A stretch of 63,981 nt of DNA, filler included, from Caldilineae bacterium (GTDB lineage: Bacteria; Chloroflexota; Anaerolineae; DTLA01), in NCBI GenBank assembly GCA_037446815.1. It is 6 parts of 6 records of this genome, joined end to end, with 100 filler letters (N's around TTAATTAATTAA, not from the genome) between each part and the next. Parts side by side here need not be neighbours in the genome. Positions count along the whole stretch, not along the records: positions 22,599 to 33,663 come from JBBIHX010000093.1; positions 33,764 to 44,828 come from JBBIHX010000094.1; 4 more parts are not named here. One strand, 5' to 3'. Of the stretch, positions 30,738 through 40,375 are shown piece by piece. Both the position numbers and the translations under genes were made by a program. Below the pieces are notes generated by a model, which worked only from the letters and a program-made list of their open reading frames with translations, did no database searches and was not told the DNA's origin. The stretch's first letter is position 1. Every line of letters begins with the position of its first letter.

Positions 30738-30885
30738 GATTCAGTTCCAAAGTCTGTTGGTTTGTCATTGCGAGGGCGCGGAGCGCCCGAAGCAATCTCT
30801 GGGGCGTGAGGTTGCTTCGCTTCGCTCGCAACGACACACAAGGAGAGTGTCCATGCGTTTCACCAACACAAAGTGAAACCGACTC
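30738..30885. mobile_element. complete 148-bp MITE with internal REP palindrome
   Basis: Imperfect 24-bp TIRs GATTCAGTTCCAAAGTCTGTTGGT / GAGTCGGTTTCACTTTGTGTTGGT; flanks CAGCCCACG and CAGCCCACC; partial copies elsewhere. Confidence 0.7.
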
Positions 30886-30899
30886 CAGCCCACCCCACG

Positions 30900-30997
30900 G
30901 ATTCAGTTCCGAAGTCTGTGGTATCCGACATCCGCGCCATCCGTGGATGCGCTGCGGCGCCTGTCATTCCGAGGCGCGCGGCGCCGAGGAATCTCGC
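30900..30997. repeat. extra MITE end plus REP modules
   Basis: GATTCAGTTCCGAAGTCTGTGG; GTCATTCCGAGG...GGAATCTC. Confidence 0.6.
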
Positions 30998-31037
30998 CGA
31001 CCGACACGAGATGAAACGGAGTAGCCCCGTCCCCGCG

Positions 31038-32030
31038 TCAGGAAGTCGCCGAGCGGAGCCGCGCGATCTGCTCGCGCAGGCGGGGAATGGCGGCCAAATC
31101 CTTCGCGGACGCGCGCCCGTGGCGGTAGCGGTGGAGGCGAAAAGCCAGTTCGGCCAGCAGGCGGTAGAACCGCGCGACGTTCCTGCCATGCGCCAGGCTC
31201 TGAGCAGAGGCGGCCTTGCCCTGCGCCCGAAGCCGCTTCCAGGGCGACTGGGCGATGCGGTACTCCTCCACCGTCAGCAGGATGCCGATCTCCGGGCGCA
31301 GTTCCTCGGCGATCCAACGGCGCTCCTGGCGCAGCGCCAATACTAGGATGGCGATGATGATGAGCACGCCGCCCGCATCGGCCACAACGCTGATGCCGAT
31401 GGCCAGGAGGGCCTCGCCCGCCAGGGTCGCGCCCAGGTTGTGCACCGCGTGGAACCCCATGCCCACCAGCAGCCCCGCGACGGGCACCGCCACCTTCGCC
31501 AGCGCATTCTTGGCATTCCGCGCGTAGCCCAGCCCCGCGCCGGTGAACGCCGTGTAGAAGGCGTGATTGAGGCCGAAAACCACCGTGCGCAACGCGGCCA
31601 GCATGCCGAAACTCTCCCACCCCTCGGAGGTAACTTCGTGGATGAGGTACAAGAAGTTCTCGGTCATGGCGAAGCCGAATCCGACCAGCGCGCCGTAGAT
31701 GATGCCGTCCAGAACCCCGTCAAATTCCTCGCGGAAACGGCGGTAGATGATGTACAAGGCGATGGCTTTGGCCAGTTCTTCCACGATGGGCGCGACGATG
31801 GAGGCGGAGGCCAAATCGCGGCCCAGATCAGAGTAGCCTGCCAGCGGCGCGTCCAACGCGATCTCGGCGCCCAGCGACAGGAGGATGGCCGGAGCCGCGC
31901 CCCAGATGAAGGCGGCCGCCAGCAGGAGAATCGGCTCCTTCTCGTAGCGGTCGCACCACCAGATGATGAGGACATACACCACGGTCGGGACTACGGCGGC
32001 AAGGACGCTTGCCGCGATCTCAGCGGTCAT
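31038..32030 (-). CDS. prsW: PrsW family intramembrane protease
   Basis: DRYEKEP, APIVEELAK, GFAMTEN, HAFYT, HAVHN. Confidence 0.9.
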   Translation of the reverse strand: MTAEIAASVLAAVVPTVVYVLIIWWCDRYEKEPILLLAAAFIWGAAPAILLSLGAEIALDAPLAGYSDLGRDLASASIVAPIVEELAKAIALYIIYRRFREEFDGVLDGIIYGALVGFGFAMTENFLYLIHEVTSEGWESFGMLAALRTVVFGLNHAFYTAFTGAGLGYARNAKNALAKVAVPVAGLLVGMGFHAVHNLGATLAGEALLAIGISVVADAGGVLIIIAILVLALRQERRWIAEELRPEIGILLTVEEYRIAQSPWKRLRAQGKAASAQSLAHGRNVARFYRLLAELAFRLHRYRHGRASAKDLAAIPRLREQIARLRSATS

Positions 32031-32060
32031 GGCCTCCTCCTCGTAACGCGGGAGACGGGG

Positions 32061-32726
32061 CTAACGTTGGCCCCGTCTCCGCAGTTTGTTGACCGTGCTG
32101 ATGAGGTGAACCAGCGGCGTGGAGAGCCGGCCCACCGCTTGGCCCCGTCGCAGCGCCGCAAGGAAGTCCTGGGGGCCGGCAAAGGGCGGCAGTTCCACAT
32201 AGGCCCGTCCCACCTCATACACCGAATGCGCGTCGCTTCCCGCCGTCCCGGGCAGGCCGCGCTCGCGGGCGAAGGCCAGGGCGCGGGCGTTGTCGGACGG
32301 GAGCACCACCCTCGCGTTGAACACTTCCACGCAGTCCACCAGCGCTAGGATGCGGAGCAGCACATCCCGCCCCATCGCCTCGCGGCGCAGTTGATCCAGC
32401 GGGTGCGACACGCCCACGATGCCGCCCTGCTCGCGGATGCGGCGAATGGTCTCCTCCGGCGAAAGGCCGGGGGGAATCCGCTCTCGGATGAAGTACGCCA
32501 GCAGTTCGCCGCTGTCGGTCTTGACCTCCTCGCCGACGATGACGAAGTCGGGCGCGATGGATTGCGCCTCCAGCGCGCCCTCAATGCTGTTGTGGTCGGT
32601 TACGGCGATGCGCGACAAGCCGTGCTCGCGGGCGACCTCCACCAGCCGCCGCGGGCTGACCGCGCAGTCCCGCGAGTAGTGGGTGTGCAGGTGAAGGTCC
32701 GCGCGCCAAATCTCACTTGCGGCCAC
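32061..32726 (-). CDS. PHP domain protein
   Basis: DLHLHT, TDHN, GEE, HP, GSDAH. Confidence 0.88.
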   Translation of the reverse strand: MAASEIWRADLHLHTHYSRDCAVSPRRLVEVAREHGLSRIAVTDHNSIEGALEAQSIAPDFVIVGEEVKTDSGELLAYFIRERIPPGLSPEETIRRIREQGGIVGVSHPLDQLRREAMGRDVLLRILALVDCVEVFNARVVLPSDNARALAFARERGLPGTAGSDAHSVYEVGRAYVELPPFAGPQDFLAALRRGQAVGRLSTPLVHLISTVNKLRRRGQR

Positions 32727-33663
32727 GCTTCCTCCAGATTGCCAGCCCTGCCAACGCGGCGGCAAGCCCCGCAAGCCCCAGGCCTACCTTCTTGGGGTCG
32801 TACAGTGGGGCGGTTACGGCCGGTATGTCGCCGTACCGCTCGAACAGTTGCCCCCAGGGTGTCTTCAGCGCCGCCTGCACGCGCTTGTGCCCCACCAGCG
32901 GATACCACAGGCCGTCGTAGTAGGCACGCGACGCGATGTAGGACCAGGGCACGATGGGGCTCCGCAGCAGGATGTTCTCAAACGGCTTGAGCGGCCCGTG
33001 GTAAATCATCTTCTGGCCGCGGCTGGCAAAGGTCTCGCCGGTAACGAAGTGCCAGTTCTCGCCCGAGATGTCGTCGCCGACGATTTCAATCTCGCGGGGG
33101 TCGCCCACGCCCAGGCCGCGCTCGTGGGCCAGGCGGATGAACTTGAGCGACATGGGGTCAAACCCCTGCAACTTGGCGGAGATGGCGTCAATGGCCACCT
33201 GGTCCGCCGAGGCGAGGATGATGTTCTTCTCATGCACGTTCATGGCGCGCGGGCCGGGGCCGTCGCCGGCGAAGGTGCCATCCATGACGGCGAAGATGCC
33301 GGTGTGAATCTCCTGCTGGATGGCCAGAAGGTCCACCACCGTCTCGTGAATCACGCTGTGGGTCCAGTGGCGGCGCTCCGACAGCAGCCCGCCAAAGGCG
33401 TTCTTCATGGCCCCCGTGATGGTGGTGAATACGTGGGTCTTCACCGTGGGCAGGTGAACGATGTTCCTGCCGATGAACATCTTGGGGATCTTGATGCCGT
33501 CGGGGTACACCTTGTCCAGCACCAGCATGGGGGTCTTGGGTTCGTAGACGACCCACTCCACCTGCGGCTCGTACAGGTGCACGTTCTGAAGGCCGTAGCG
33601 GTCCACGACGAGTTTGTGCTTGTTGTTGCGCTCGCCCACGTAGGCGTCCACGACTACGGTGCG
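32713..33663 (-). CDS. DUF362 domain protein (5' truncated)
   Basis: PTVKTH...TGAMKNAFG, GPGP, DQVAID; C-terminal hydrophobic helix. Confidence 0.8.
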   Translation of the reverse strand, partial: RTVVVDAYVGERNNKHKLVVDRYGLQNVHLYEPQVEWVVYEPKTPMLVLDKVYPDGIKIPKMFIGRNIVHLPTVKTHVFTTITGAMKNAFGGLLSERRHWTHSVIHETVVDLLAIQQEIHTGIFAVMDGTFAGDGPGPRAMNVHEKNIILASADQVAIDAISAKLQGFDPMSLKFIRLAHERGLGVGDPREIEIVGDDISGENWHFVTGETFASRGQKMIYHGPLKPFENILLRSPIVPWSYIASRAYYDGLWYPLVGHKRVQAALKTPWGQLFERYGDIPAVTAPLYDPKKVGLGLAGLAAALAGLAIWRKRGRK

Positions 33664-33763
33664 NNNNNNNNNNNNNNNNNNNNNNNNNNNNNNNNNNNNN
33701 NNNNNNNTTAATTAATTAANNNNNNNNNNNNNNNNNNNNNNNNNNNNNNNNNNNNNNNNNNNN
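33664..33763. other. artificial contig linker
   Basis: N/TTAATTAATTAA/N. Confidence 0.98.
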
Positions 33764-33764
33764 G

Positions 33765-35141
33765 ATGGACCTCGTCATCAAGAATGGCACACTCATCACC
33801 CCCGAAGGGCCGTTCAAGGCCGACGTGGGCATAGAAGGCGAGCGCATCGCCGCCATCGGCGAGGGGCTCACGGCCCCGAACGTGCTGGACGCGGCGGGCA
33901 AGTACGTGCTCCCAGGCGCCATTGACGTGCACGTGCACATGCAGATGCCCGTCGGCGATGTGGTATCCAGCGACGACTTCTACACCGGCACCGTGGCCGC
34001 GGCTTGCGGCGGCACAACGACCATCATTGACTTCGTGGAGCCGAAGGGAGCACAGTCGCTCATGGACGCGCTACACCAGCGCCGCGCCGAAGCCGACGGG
34101 CGCGTGGCTGTGGACTACGGCCTGCACATGACGCTGAACTCCGACGATCCGCTGCGGCTGGCCGAAATCCCCGCCGTCATGGACGCGGGATGCACGACGT
34201 TCAAGTTGTACATGGCCTACGAGGGCCTGCGCCTGACCGACGGGGCCATGCTCCGCGCATTGGCGGCGCTCCAGAAACACCGCGGCCTCCCCATCGTCCA
34301 CGCCGAGAATCACGACGCCATCCGGTACCTCACGGAGAAGTTCCTGCGCGAGGGCAAGACGACCCCGCATTACCACCCCCTGACCCGCCCCGACTTCATG
34401 GAAGGCGAGGCGACGGCAAGGGCGCTGGCCCTGGCGCGCGTGGTCGGCCTGCCCATGTACATCGTCCATGTGTCGTGCGCCGAGGCGCTGGACGCGGTGC
34501 GGGGCGCGCGCGCGAGGGGGCAACCCGCCTTCGGGGAGACGTGCCCCCAGTACCTTCTGCTCACCTGCAAGGAGTACGACCGCCCCGGATTTGAGGGGGC
34601 GAAGTTTGTCATGTCGCCGCCCCTGCGCGAGGAGGCCGACATCGCCAGGCTGTGGGATACGCTGGCTTCGGGCGATCTCCAAGTGGTGGCCACCGATCAC
34701 TGCCCGTTCTTCTACGAAGGGCAGAAGGACAGGGGACGCGCCGCGTTCAACAAAATCCCGGGCGGCGCCCCTGGCGTGGAGACCCGCCTGCCGCTGCTGT
34801 ACACATTTGGCGTGCGCGCCGAGCGGCTCACGCTGGCCCGATGGGTGCAGGTCTGCTGTGCCGAGCCGGCCCGCCTCTTCGGCCTGGCCCCGCGCAAGGG
34901 CCGCATCGCCGAGGGCGCCGACGCCGACCTCGTCATCTTCAACCCCGACAAGCGCGTGGTGCTGCACCACCGAGCCCTGCACCAGAATGTGGACTACACA
35001 CCGTATGAGGGGCTGGAACTCGTTGGCTACCCCGAGACCACCCTCCTGCGGGGGCAGGTTATCGTCCGCGATGGGCAGTTCGTCGGGCGCGCGGGGCAGG
35101 GCCGCTTCGTCGCGCGCACCCTATCGGGCGCGTGGGAGTGA
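33765..35141 (+). CDS. hydA: dihydropyrimidinase/hydantoinase
   Basis: PGAIDVHVH, FKLYMAY, HAEN, ETCPQYL, TDHCPF. Confidence 0.9.
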   Translation: MDLVIKNGTLITPEGPFKADVGIEGERIAAIGEGLTAPNVLDAAGKYVLPGAIDVHVHMQMPVGDVVSSDDFYTGTVAAACGGTTTIIDFVEPKGAQSLMDALHQRRAEADGRVAVDYGLHMTLNSDDPLRLAEIPAVMDAGCTTFKLYMAYEGLRLTDGAMLRALAALQKHRGLPIVHAENHDAIRYLTEKFLREGKTTPHYHPLTRPDFMEGEATARALALARVVGLPMYIVHVSCAEALDAVRGARARGQPAFGETCPQYLLLTCKEYDRPGFEGAKFVMSPPLREEADIARLWDTLASGDLQVVATDHCPFFYEGQKDRGRAAFNKIPGGAPGVETRLPLLYTFGVRAERLTLARWVQVCCAEPARLFGLAPRKGRIAEGADADLVIFNPDKRVVLHHRALHQNVDYTPYEGLELVGYPETTLLRGQVIVRDGQFVGRAGQGRFVARTLSGAWE

Positions 35142-35146
35142 AACCG

Positions 35147-35461
35147 GGGCTGGGGTGAGGGGCGAGATTCCTCGCCGCTTCGCCGCTCGGAATGACNNNN
35201 NNNNNNNNNNNNNNNNNNNNNNNNNNNNNNNNNNNNNNNNNNNNNNNNNNNNNNNNNNNNNNNNNNNNNNNNNNNNNNNNNNNNNNNNNNNNNNNNGGGC
35301 TGGGGTGAGGGGCGAGATTCCTCGCCGCTTCGCCGCTCGGAATGACAGTTTGGCAACCGCGAAGGAACGCGAATCCACGCGATACAGAACGTGCGACGCA
35401 CCTCGGAGGTGCGTCGCACGTTGTCCCTTCGCCGCTCGGAATGACGGTTTGGCAACCGCGT
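35147..35461. repeat. REP-like mosaic spanning a scaffold gap
   Basis: 50-bp duplicate either side of the N gap; AACGTGCGACGCACCTCGGAGGTGCGTCGCACGTT; GCTCGGAATGAC x3. Confidence 0.8.
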
Positions 35462-35487
35462 TTCTCCGCAAGGATGGCGCCCCCCTT

Positions 35488-36039
35488 CTACGGCGCCGAA
35501 CCGCGGAACCACTCCCGCGCGATGGCATCGGGCAGCGCGTCGCGTGTTTCCGGCGTTACCTCATACACCCTGACCGCGCACCCCGCCAGCCGCTCCATGA
35601 GCGCGGCGAGAAACCCGCGCCGCACCAGGACAACGGCCAGCGGCACCGCCCCCGCCTGCAACTCGGGGATAACCGGGGCCAGCCCCCGATTCTCCAGGAG
35701 TTCCATCGGGCCGATTTCGTCCACGACCAGCACGTCCGGCCGCTGGCGAACGGCGCTCATGACTGCCTCCAGCGACCATTCCAGCGCCCCAGGTTCAAAC
35801 CGCCAGATGCCGCACCGCACGCCGGGCCGCGACAGGTCTCGGTCGGCGAGGTGCCGCCGCTCCCCCGTGCCCAGCCGCAGCCCGTCTATGCCGACCTTGC
35901 GCCCCTCCGCGTCCACGCGGGCAGGGCACAGCAAGCCATCGCACCGCAGGCCGCGCGCCTCGGCCAGCGCCACAACGCGGGCCGCCACGGTGCTCTTGCC
36001 GCTCCCGATTTGCCCCGTGAGCAAGAGAACCGTCGTCAT
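35488..36039 (-). CDS. THEP1/NTPase_1-like nucleoside triphosphatase
   Basis: GQIGSGKST, VDEIGPME. Confidence 0.8.
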   Translation of the reverse strand: MTTVLLLTGQIGSGKSTVAARVVALAEARGLRCDGLLCPARVDAEGRKVGIDGLRLGTGERRHLADRDLSRPGVRCGIWRFEPGALEWSLEAVMSAVRQRPDVLVVDEIGPMELLENRGLAPVIPELQAGAVPLAVVLVRRGFLAALMERLAGCAVRVYEVTPETRDALPDAIAREWFRGSAP

Positions 36040-36389
36040 TTGGCCCCGTGCGGCGGGTGCGGGATAACGCAAATGAAGCGCAGAATCTCGCCGCCATCGT
36101 TGACGAACTGGTGAGTCTCCCCGCCCGGGACGAAGACGACGTACCCTTGCTCAAAGGGCAGGTTGCCGGCGTCGCTCTTGACATAGCCCCTGCCCGACAG
36201 GATGAACACTTCGTGCTCAAATCCGTGGGCGTGGAACGGCGACGCCTTGCCCGGCGGGACTTCAAAGACGCGCATGGCGAAATTGGGCGCGCCGTCGGCC
36301 TCGCCGATGACCCAGCGGACGGTGATGCCCGGGGCCTCGTGCACCGGCTCCGCGGGCGTTGCGGTGTAGGGTTGAACCTTGATGCTCAT
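36036..36389 (-). CDS. cupin domain protein
   Basis: HAHGFEHE...G...PGGETH. Confidence 0.88.
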   Translation of the reverse strand: MSIKVQPYTATPAEPVHEAPGITVRWVIGEADGAPNFAMRVFEVPPGKASPFHAHGFEHEVFILSGRGYVKSDAGNLPFEQGYVVFVPGGETHQFVNDGGEILRFICVIPHPPHGAK

Positions 36390-37516
36390 GACGTCCCCTT
36401 TCTTCCCTTGCGGGATACGAAATAGTTGGCTGCCAGCCACGGCAGGCGCAGGCTGATGCCCACGTAGTCGGCCCGCTCGGCGAGCACGTCGGCCATCCAG
36501 AGCGTGCCGCGCCCGTCCTGCGTGGCGATGGCATAGGCCAGGCGCGGGAAGCGGTAGAAAAGCCCCGCGATCTCCCGCGCGCGTTGGAGCGAGCGCCCCA
36601 TCTCCCGCGCCACGCGGGCTGAGTAGGCATTCGCCGACAGACCGCGGCCCACCACCTCGGCGGCGATCTGCCCGCTGCGGATGGCGTAGCGGATGCCCTC
36701 GCCCAGAAGCGGGTCTACCAGGCCCGCCGCGTCGCCCAGCAGCAGGATGCACCCCCGTCCCAGCATCCTGCGGCCCGCGAACACCGGCAGCGGATGCCCC
36801 CGCCACCGGATGCCCTCGGTCGCAATGCCCAGCCGCGCCATCTCGGCCTCCAGCGCGGGCCGCAGCGGACGATGGCCCCGGCGAAAGGCCACGATGCCCA
36901 CCGAAAGTGAGTCGCCGTGGGGGAACACCCAGATGTAGCCGCCGGGCAGCGCCCCGAACTGGAACAGCGCCGTCCCGCGCCAGTCGCCACTCGCCCGCTC
37001 CGTCGGCACATCGGCCTGGAGCGTCGGGACGATGGCGCGCGGCGACGCCAAACCCAGGGCACGCGCCAGCGCCCCCGTGCTCCCCTCGGCCAGGAGCGCG
37101 TACCGCCCGGCGTGGACGGCTCCGCCCTCCGTTCGGACGCGGACGAGGTCGCCTTCGGCCAGGATTTCGGAGGCTCGCGTCCGATCCATCACGGTCGCCC
37201 GCGCGTGGGCCAGGATGTGGGCGTCAAACTCGCGCCGCTGCACCATGACAACGGGCGTGTCCGGCAAGGCAACCGTCCGCTCCTCGCCCAGCCAGGCGTA
37301 TCGGACGCGGGCAACGGCATCCCGCACTACGGGTTCAAACGCGAACGGAAAGCGCGCCAGCACCGAGCGCGGAACGGCTCCCCCGCAGGGCTTGTCGCGG
37401 GGCAGCGATTCGCGCTCCAACACGAGAGCGCGCAGCCCCGCCTCGCCGAGAAAATAGGCCGCGCTCGCGCCCGCAGGCCCCGCTCCGATGATGATGGCAT
37501 CCCAGACTTCGGTCAT
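36386..37516 (-). CDS. geranylgeranyl reductase family FAD oxidoreductase
   Basis: GAGPAG, PRDKPCGG, GYIWVFP, GDAAGLVDPLLGEGI. Confidence 0.88.
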   Translation of the reverse strand: MTEVWDAIIIGAGPAGASAAYFLGEAGLRALVLERESLPRDKPCGGAVPRSVLARFPFAFEPVVRDAVARVRYAWLGEERTVALPDTPVVMVQRREFDAHILAHARATVMDRTRASEILAEGDLVRVRTEGGAVHAGRYALLAEGSTGALARALGLASPRAIVPTLQADVPTERASGDWRGTALFQFGALPGGYIWVFPHGDSLSVGIVAFRRGHRPLRPALEAEMARLGIATEGIRWRGHPLPVFAGRRMLGRGCILLLGDAAGLVDPLLGEGIRYAIRSGQIAAEVVGRGLSANAYSARVAREMGRSLQRAREIAGLFYRFPRLAYAIATQDGRGTLWMADVLAERADYVGISLRLPWLAANYFVSRKGRKGTS

Positions 37517-38166
37517 CGCTCCGAAAGGTAGCCCTGGGCAGCAAGCCAGGGGATAACGGGGGTCAGGTCGGGTTGCTCCAGCACCAGCGACGCGGCCTGC
37601 CGAACGGTCTCGTGATTGGGGCACACGGCGATGCTGACGCCAACGCGCCGGAACATGTCGGCGTCCGAGCGCGTGTCCCCCAGCGCCAACGCCTCCGAGG
37701 GCGCGACGCCGAATTCCGCCAGCAGCGCGTCCACGATAGCCCCCTTGCCGCCCTCGGGGACGCCCACGCGGGTATCGCCGTTGATGATGCCATCCGTGGC
37801 GTACACGTAGTTGCAGAAAACGCGGTCAAAGCCGAGGTCTTCGGCAACCATCTCGGCGTGAATCTGGATGCCGGTGCTCACCAGCGCCAGGCGGACGCCG
37901 TGCTGCTTGAGCGTCCGCACCGTCTCCACCGCGCCCGGAAGGTAGGGGTTCTCGCGGAATAGCGCGCGAATGGTGGCAACCGGCATGCCTTTCCACAGGG
38001 CGGCGTCCAGGCGCAGCCACTCCTCATACGAGATTGCGCCCGCGAAGCCGTCGGCGAAGAAGGCTTGGCTAGCCTCCAGCGTCCCGAGTCGGGAATGCAG
38101 ATACACATAGGGGTCGCGGGCTTGCTTGAGCGTGCCGTCCAGGTCAAAGATGGCCAGTCGCAGCAT
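37513..38166 (-). CDS. HAD phosphatase (phosphoserine phosphatase-like)
   Basis: FDLDGTL, VSTG, K, GDTRSD. Confidence 0.85.
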   Translation of the reverse strand: MLRLAIFDLDGTLKQARDPYVYLHSRLGTLEASQAFFADGFAGAISYEEWLRLDAALWKGMPVATIRALFRENPYLPGAVETVRTLKQHGVRLALVSTGIQIHAEMVAEDLGFDRVFCNYVYATDGIINGDTRVGVPEGGKGAIVDALLAEFGVAPSEALALGDTRSDADMFRRVGVSIAVCPNHETVRQAASLVLEQPDLTPVIPWLAAQGYLSER

Positions 38167-38190
38167 ACCCACCCCCGCGGCAGGTGCGGC

Positions 38191-38991
38191 CTATCCCTTG
38201 GCCTGGCCCGCGGCGGTCTTCACCCGAAGAACGTCGGCCAGGGAAGCCACAATCCCCGCGACGGCCTGCCGAATCGCCGAATCGCGCGGCAACTGCGCCA
38301 GGGGCCGTCCCAGGGCGTCGTACTCGGCGACGAGCGGGTCCCGCGGCAGGACGCCGATGAGTTGCAACCCGGTCTCCTCCACTGCGCGCTGCAGTTCCAC
38401 AGGGAGCGGGTCAGGGGCCATGTTCAGCACCAGCACCATGCGGTGCACCGTGGTCTCCAGTTCGTGCACGAGTTCCTTCATCCGCTTGGCCGCCGTCAGC
38501 CCTCGCACGCTGGGGTCGCTCACGATGAGCAGCAGGTCCACATCGCGGGTGGTGCGGCGGCTCAAGTGCTCCATCCCCGCCTCGTTGTCAATGAAGACGT
38601 AGTCGTACCCGCCCGCGATGCGGTCTACGATGATGCGCAGCATGTTGTTGGCGGCGCAATAGCAGCCCGGCCCCTCGGGGCGCCCCATGGCGAGGAGGTC
38701 AACGCCGTCGGCCTCCACCAGGCACTGGTTGACCTGGTAGTCCAGGTAGTCCTGCTTGCTGGTGCCCGGCGGGAACGATCCCGCCTTGACCTGATCCAGC
38801 GCGTCCTCGCGGATGTCCCCCACGGTGCCGTCCAGCGGGAGGCCCAGCGCCTGGTTCAGGTTGGAACTGGGGTCGGCGTCAATCGCCAGGATGGAGCCCC
38901 ACTTCTCGTCTATAGCCTGCTGGATGAGCAGGGCCGTGAGGGTTGTCTTGCCCGTGCCGCCCTTGCCCGCAACCGCGACTGTGATGGTCAT
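38191..38991 (-). CDS. cooC: CooC/AcsF nickel-insertion ATPase
   Basis: GKGGTGKT, DADP, GPGCYC, DNEAGMEHLSR. Confidence 0.88.
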   Translation of the reverse strand: MTITVAVAGKGGTGKTTLTALLIQQAIDEKWGSILAIDADPSSNLNQALGLPLDGTVGDIREDALDQVKAGSFPPGTSKQDYLDYQVNQCLVEADGVDLLAMGRPEGPGCYCAANNMLRIIVDRIAGGYDYVFIDNEAGMEHLSRRTTRDVDLLLIVSDPSVRGLTAAKRMKELVHELETTVHRMVLVLNMAPDPLPVELQRAVEETGLQLIGVLPRDPLVAEYDALGRPLAQLPRDSAIRQAVAGIVASLADVLRVKTAAGQAKG

Positions 38992-39056
38992 GATTCCTCT
39001 CCAATGGCTTCGTGCGGTCTCTCGGCGCAATGCCGATGGCCGCCTGTACAGTCGCT

Positions 39057-39085
39057 ATTCTACTCGGTCGCACAGGGGGTGTCAA
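39057..39085 (-). promoter_or_regulatory. sigma70 promoter of the cooC operon
   Basis: TTGACA-N17-TAGAAT on the minus strand. Confidence 0.7.
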
Positions 39086-39100
39086 TGATGTACATCACAC

Positions 39101-39560
39101 GATTCGGTTCCAAAGTCTGTTGGTACTTGTCATTGCGAGGGCGCGAGCGGGAATACCACACTTAGCGCGGCGGCTTTAGCCCCGCGCGACCATGGCACCC
39201 AACGGTCATTCTGAGCGGCGGAGCACCGAAGAATCTCGCGCCCGCACCAACACCTCTGGCCTCTCCCCACACCCATCCGTGCCATCCGTGCTATCCGTGG
39301 TGTACGGGCGACCGGCCGGTCGCCCGTATATGCGCGGCGCCGCACTGGGGGCCAACGTGCGACGCACTTCGGAAGTGCGTCGCACGTTCCCCATTCGCGC
39401 GATGCGCGGTTGCCGAACCGTCATTCTGAGGCGCGGAGCGCCGAAGAATCTCCCGCCCCTATCCGCGCTATCCGTGCCATCCGTGGATATAGCAAGGCCC
39501 TATTCGCGTAGATTCGTGTGATTCGTGGATGACGCAGGACAACGTGCAACGCTCGGAGGC
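39101..39560. repeat. MITE left end plus large REP mosaic
   Basis: GATTCGGTTCCAAAGTCTGTTGGT followed by several distinct palindromic modules. Confidence 0.8.
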
Positions 39561-39603
39561 ATTCTTAAATCTAGCGTTGCGCCAAATTTAAGACGAAGCG
39601 CGC

Positions 39604-39632
39604 TTGACTTTAGGCGCCGAAAGGGTTATCCT
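39604..39632 (+). promoter_or_regulatory. sigma70 promoter of the kinase pair
   Basis: TTGACT-N17-TATCCT. Confidence 0.55.
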
Positions 39633-39667
39633 ACAGATGACTCTATTCCCACCTGGAGAGGCTTCTC

Positions 39668-40312
39668 ATGAATCGTCATCCCTACGTCGCCATTGAAGGC
39701 CCTATCGGCGTGGGCAAAACCACGCTGGCCCGACTCCTGCAGCCTGAACTGGGCGCGTCGCTCCTGTTGGAGGTATTTGAGGAAAACCCGTTTCTCAAAG
39801 ACTTCTACCGCGACCGCGAGCGCTACGCCTTCCAGACGCAGATTTTCTTCCTGCTGAGCCGCTACCATCAGCAGCACAAGGCAGTGCCCAAGGCGCTGGA
39901 GAAGGGGCCGCTCATCAGCGACTACACCTTCGCCAAGGACCGCATCTTCGCGCACCTGAACTTGCGCAACGAGGAACTGGCCCTGTACGAGCAACTCCAC
40001 GCCGCCATGGCCGAGAAGATTCCCGTCCCCACGCTGGTCATCTACCTGCGCGCGTCCCTGGATGTCCTGATGGAACGCATCGCGCTGCGCGACCGTCCCT
40101 ACGAGCGCAACATGGACCGCGACTACATCCGCGAACTCAGCGAGGCCTACGAGGAGTTCTTCGCGCACTACAACCAGACCCCGGTCCTGACGCTGGACAC
40201 GGACAACTTGAACTACGTGCGCAACTCCGACGACTTCACCCTGGTGCTGGAGCGCGTTCGTAGCGCCCTGCGCCATGTGCCATATCAACAGCCGCTCCTT
40301 GAGGTCCCGTAG
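39668..40312 (+). CDS. deoxynucleoside kinase
   Basis: EGPIGVGKTT, NPFLKDFY, RIALRDRPYE. Confidence 0.9.
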   Translation: MNRHPYVAIEGPIGVGKTTLARLLQPELGASLLLEVFEENPFLKDFYRDRERYAFQTQIFFLLSRYHQQHKAVPKALEKGPLISDYTFAKDRIFAHLNLRNEELALYEQLHAAMAEKIPVPTLVIYLRASLDVLMERIALRDRPYERNMDRDYIRELSEAYEEFFAHYNQTPVLTLDTDNLNYVRNSDDFTLVLERVRSALRHVPYQQPLLEVP

Positions 40313-40375
40313 AGGGCCGATGGGGCGCGCAGCGGCCAACACAGGTTCACCAATCTTACGCGAGGCAGAGCATAC

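Noticed and set aside
31038..35141. Operon linking DUF362/PHP/prsW with dihydropyrimidinase
   Set aside because: Separated by an artificial contig linker and on opposite strands
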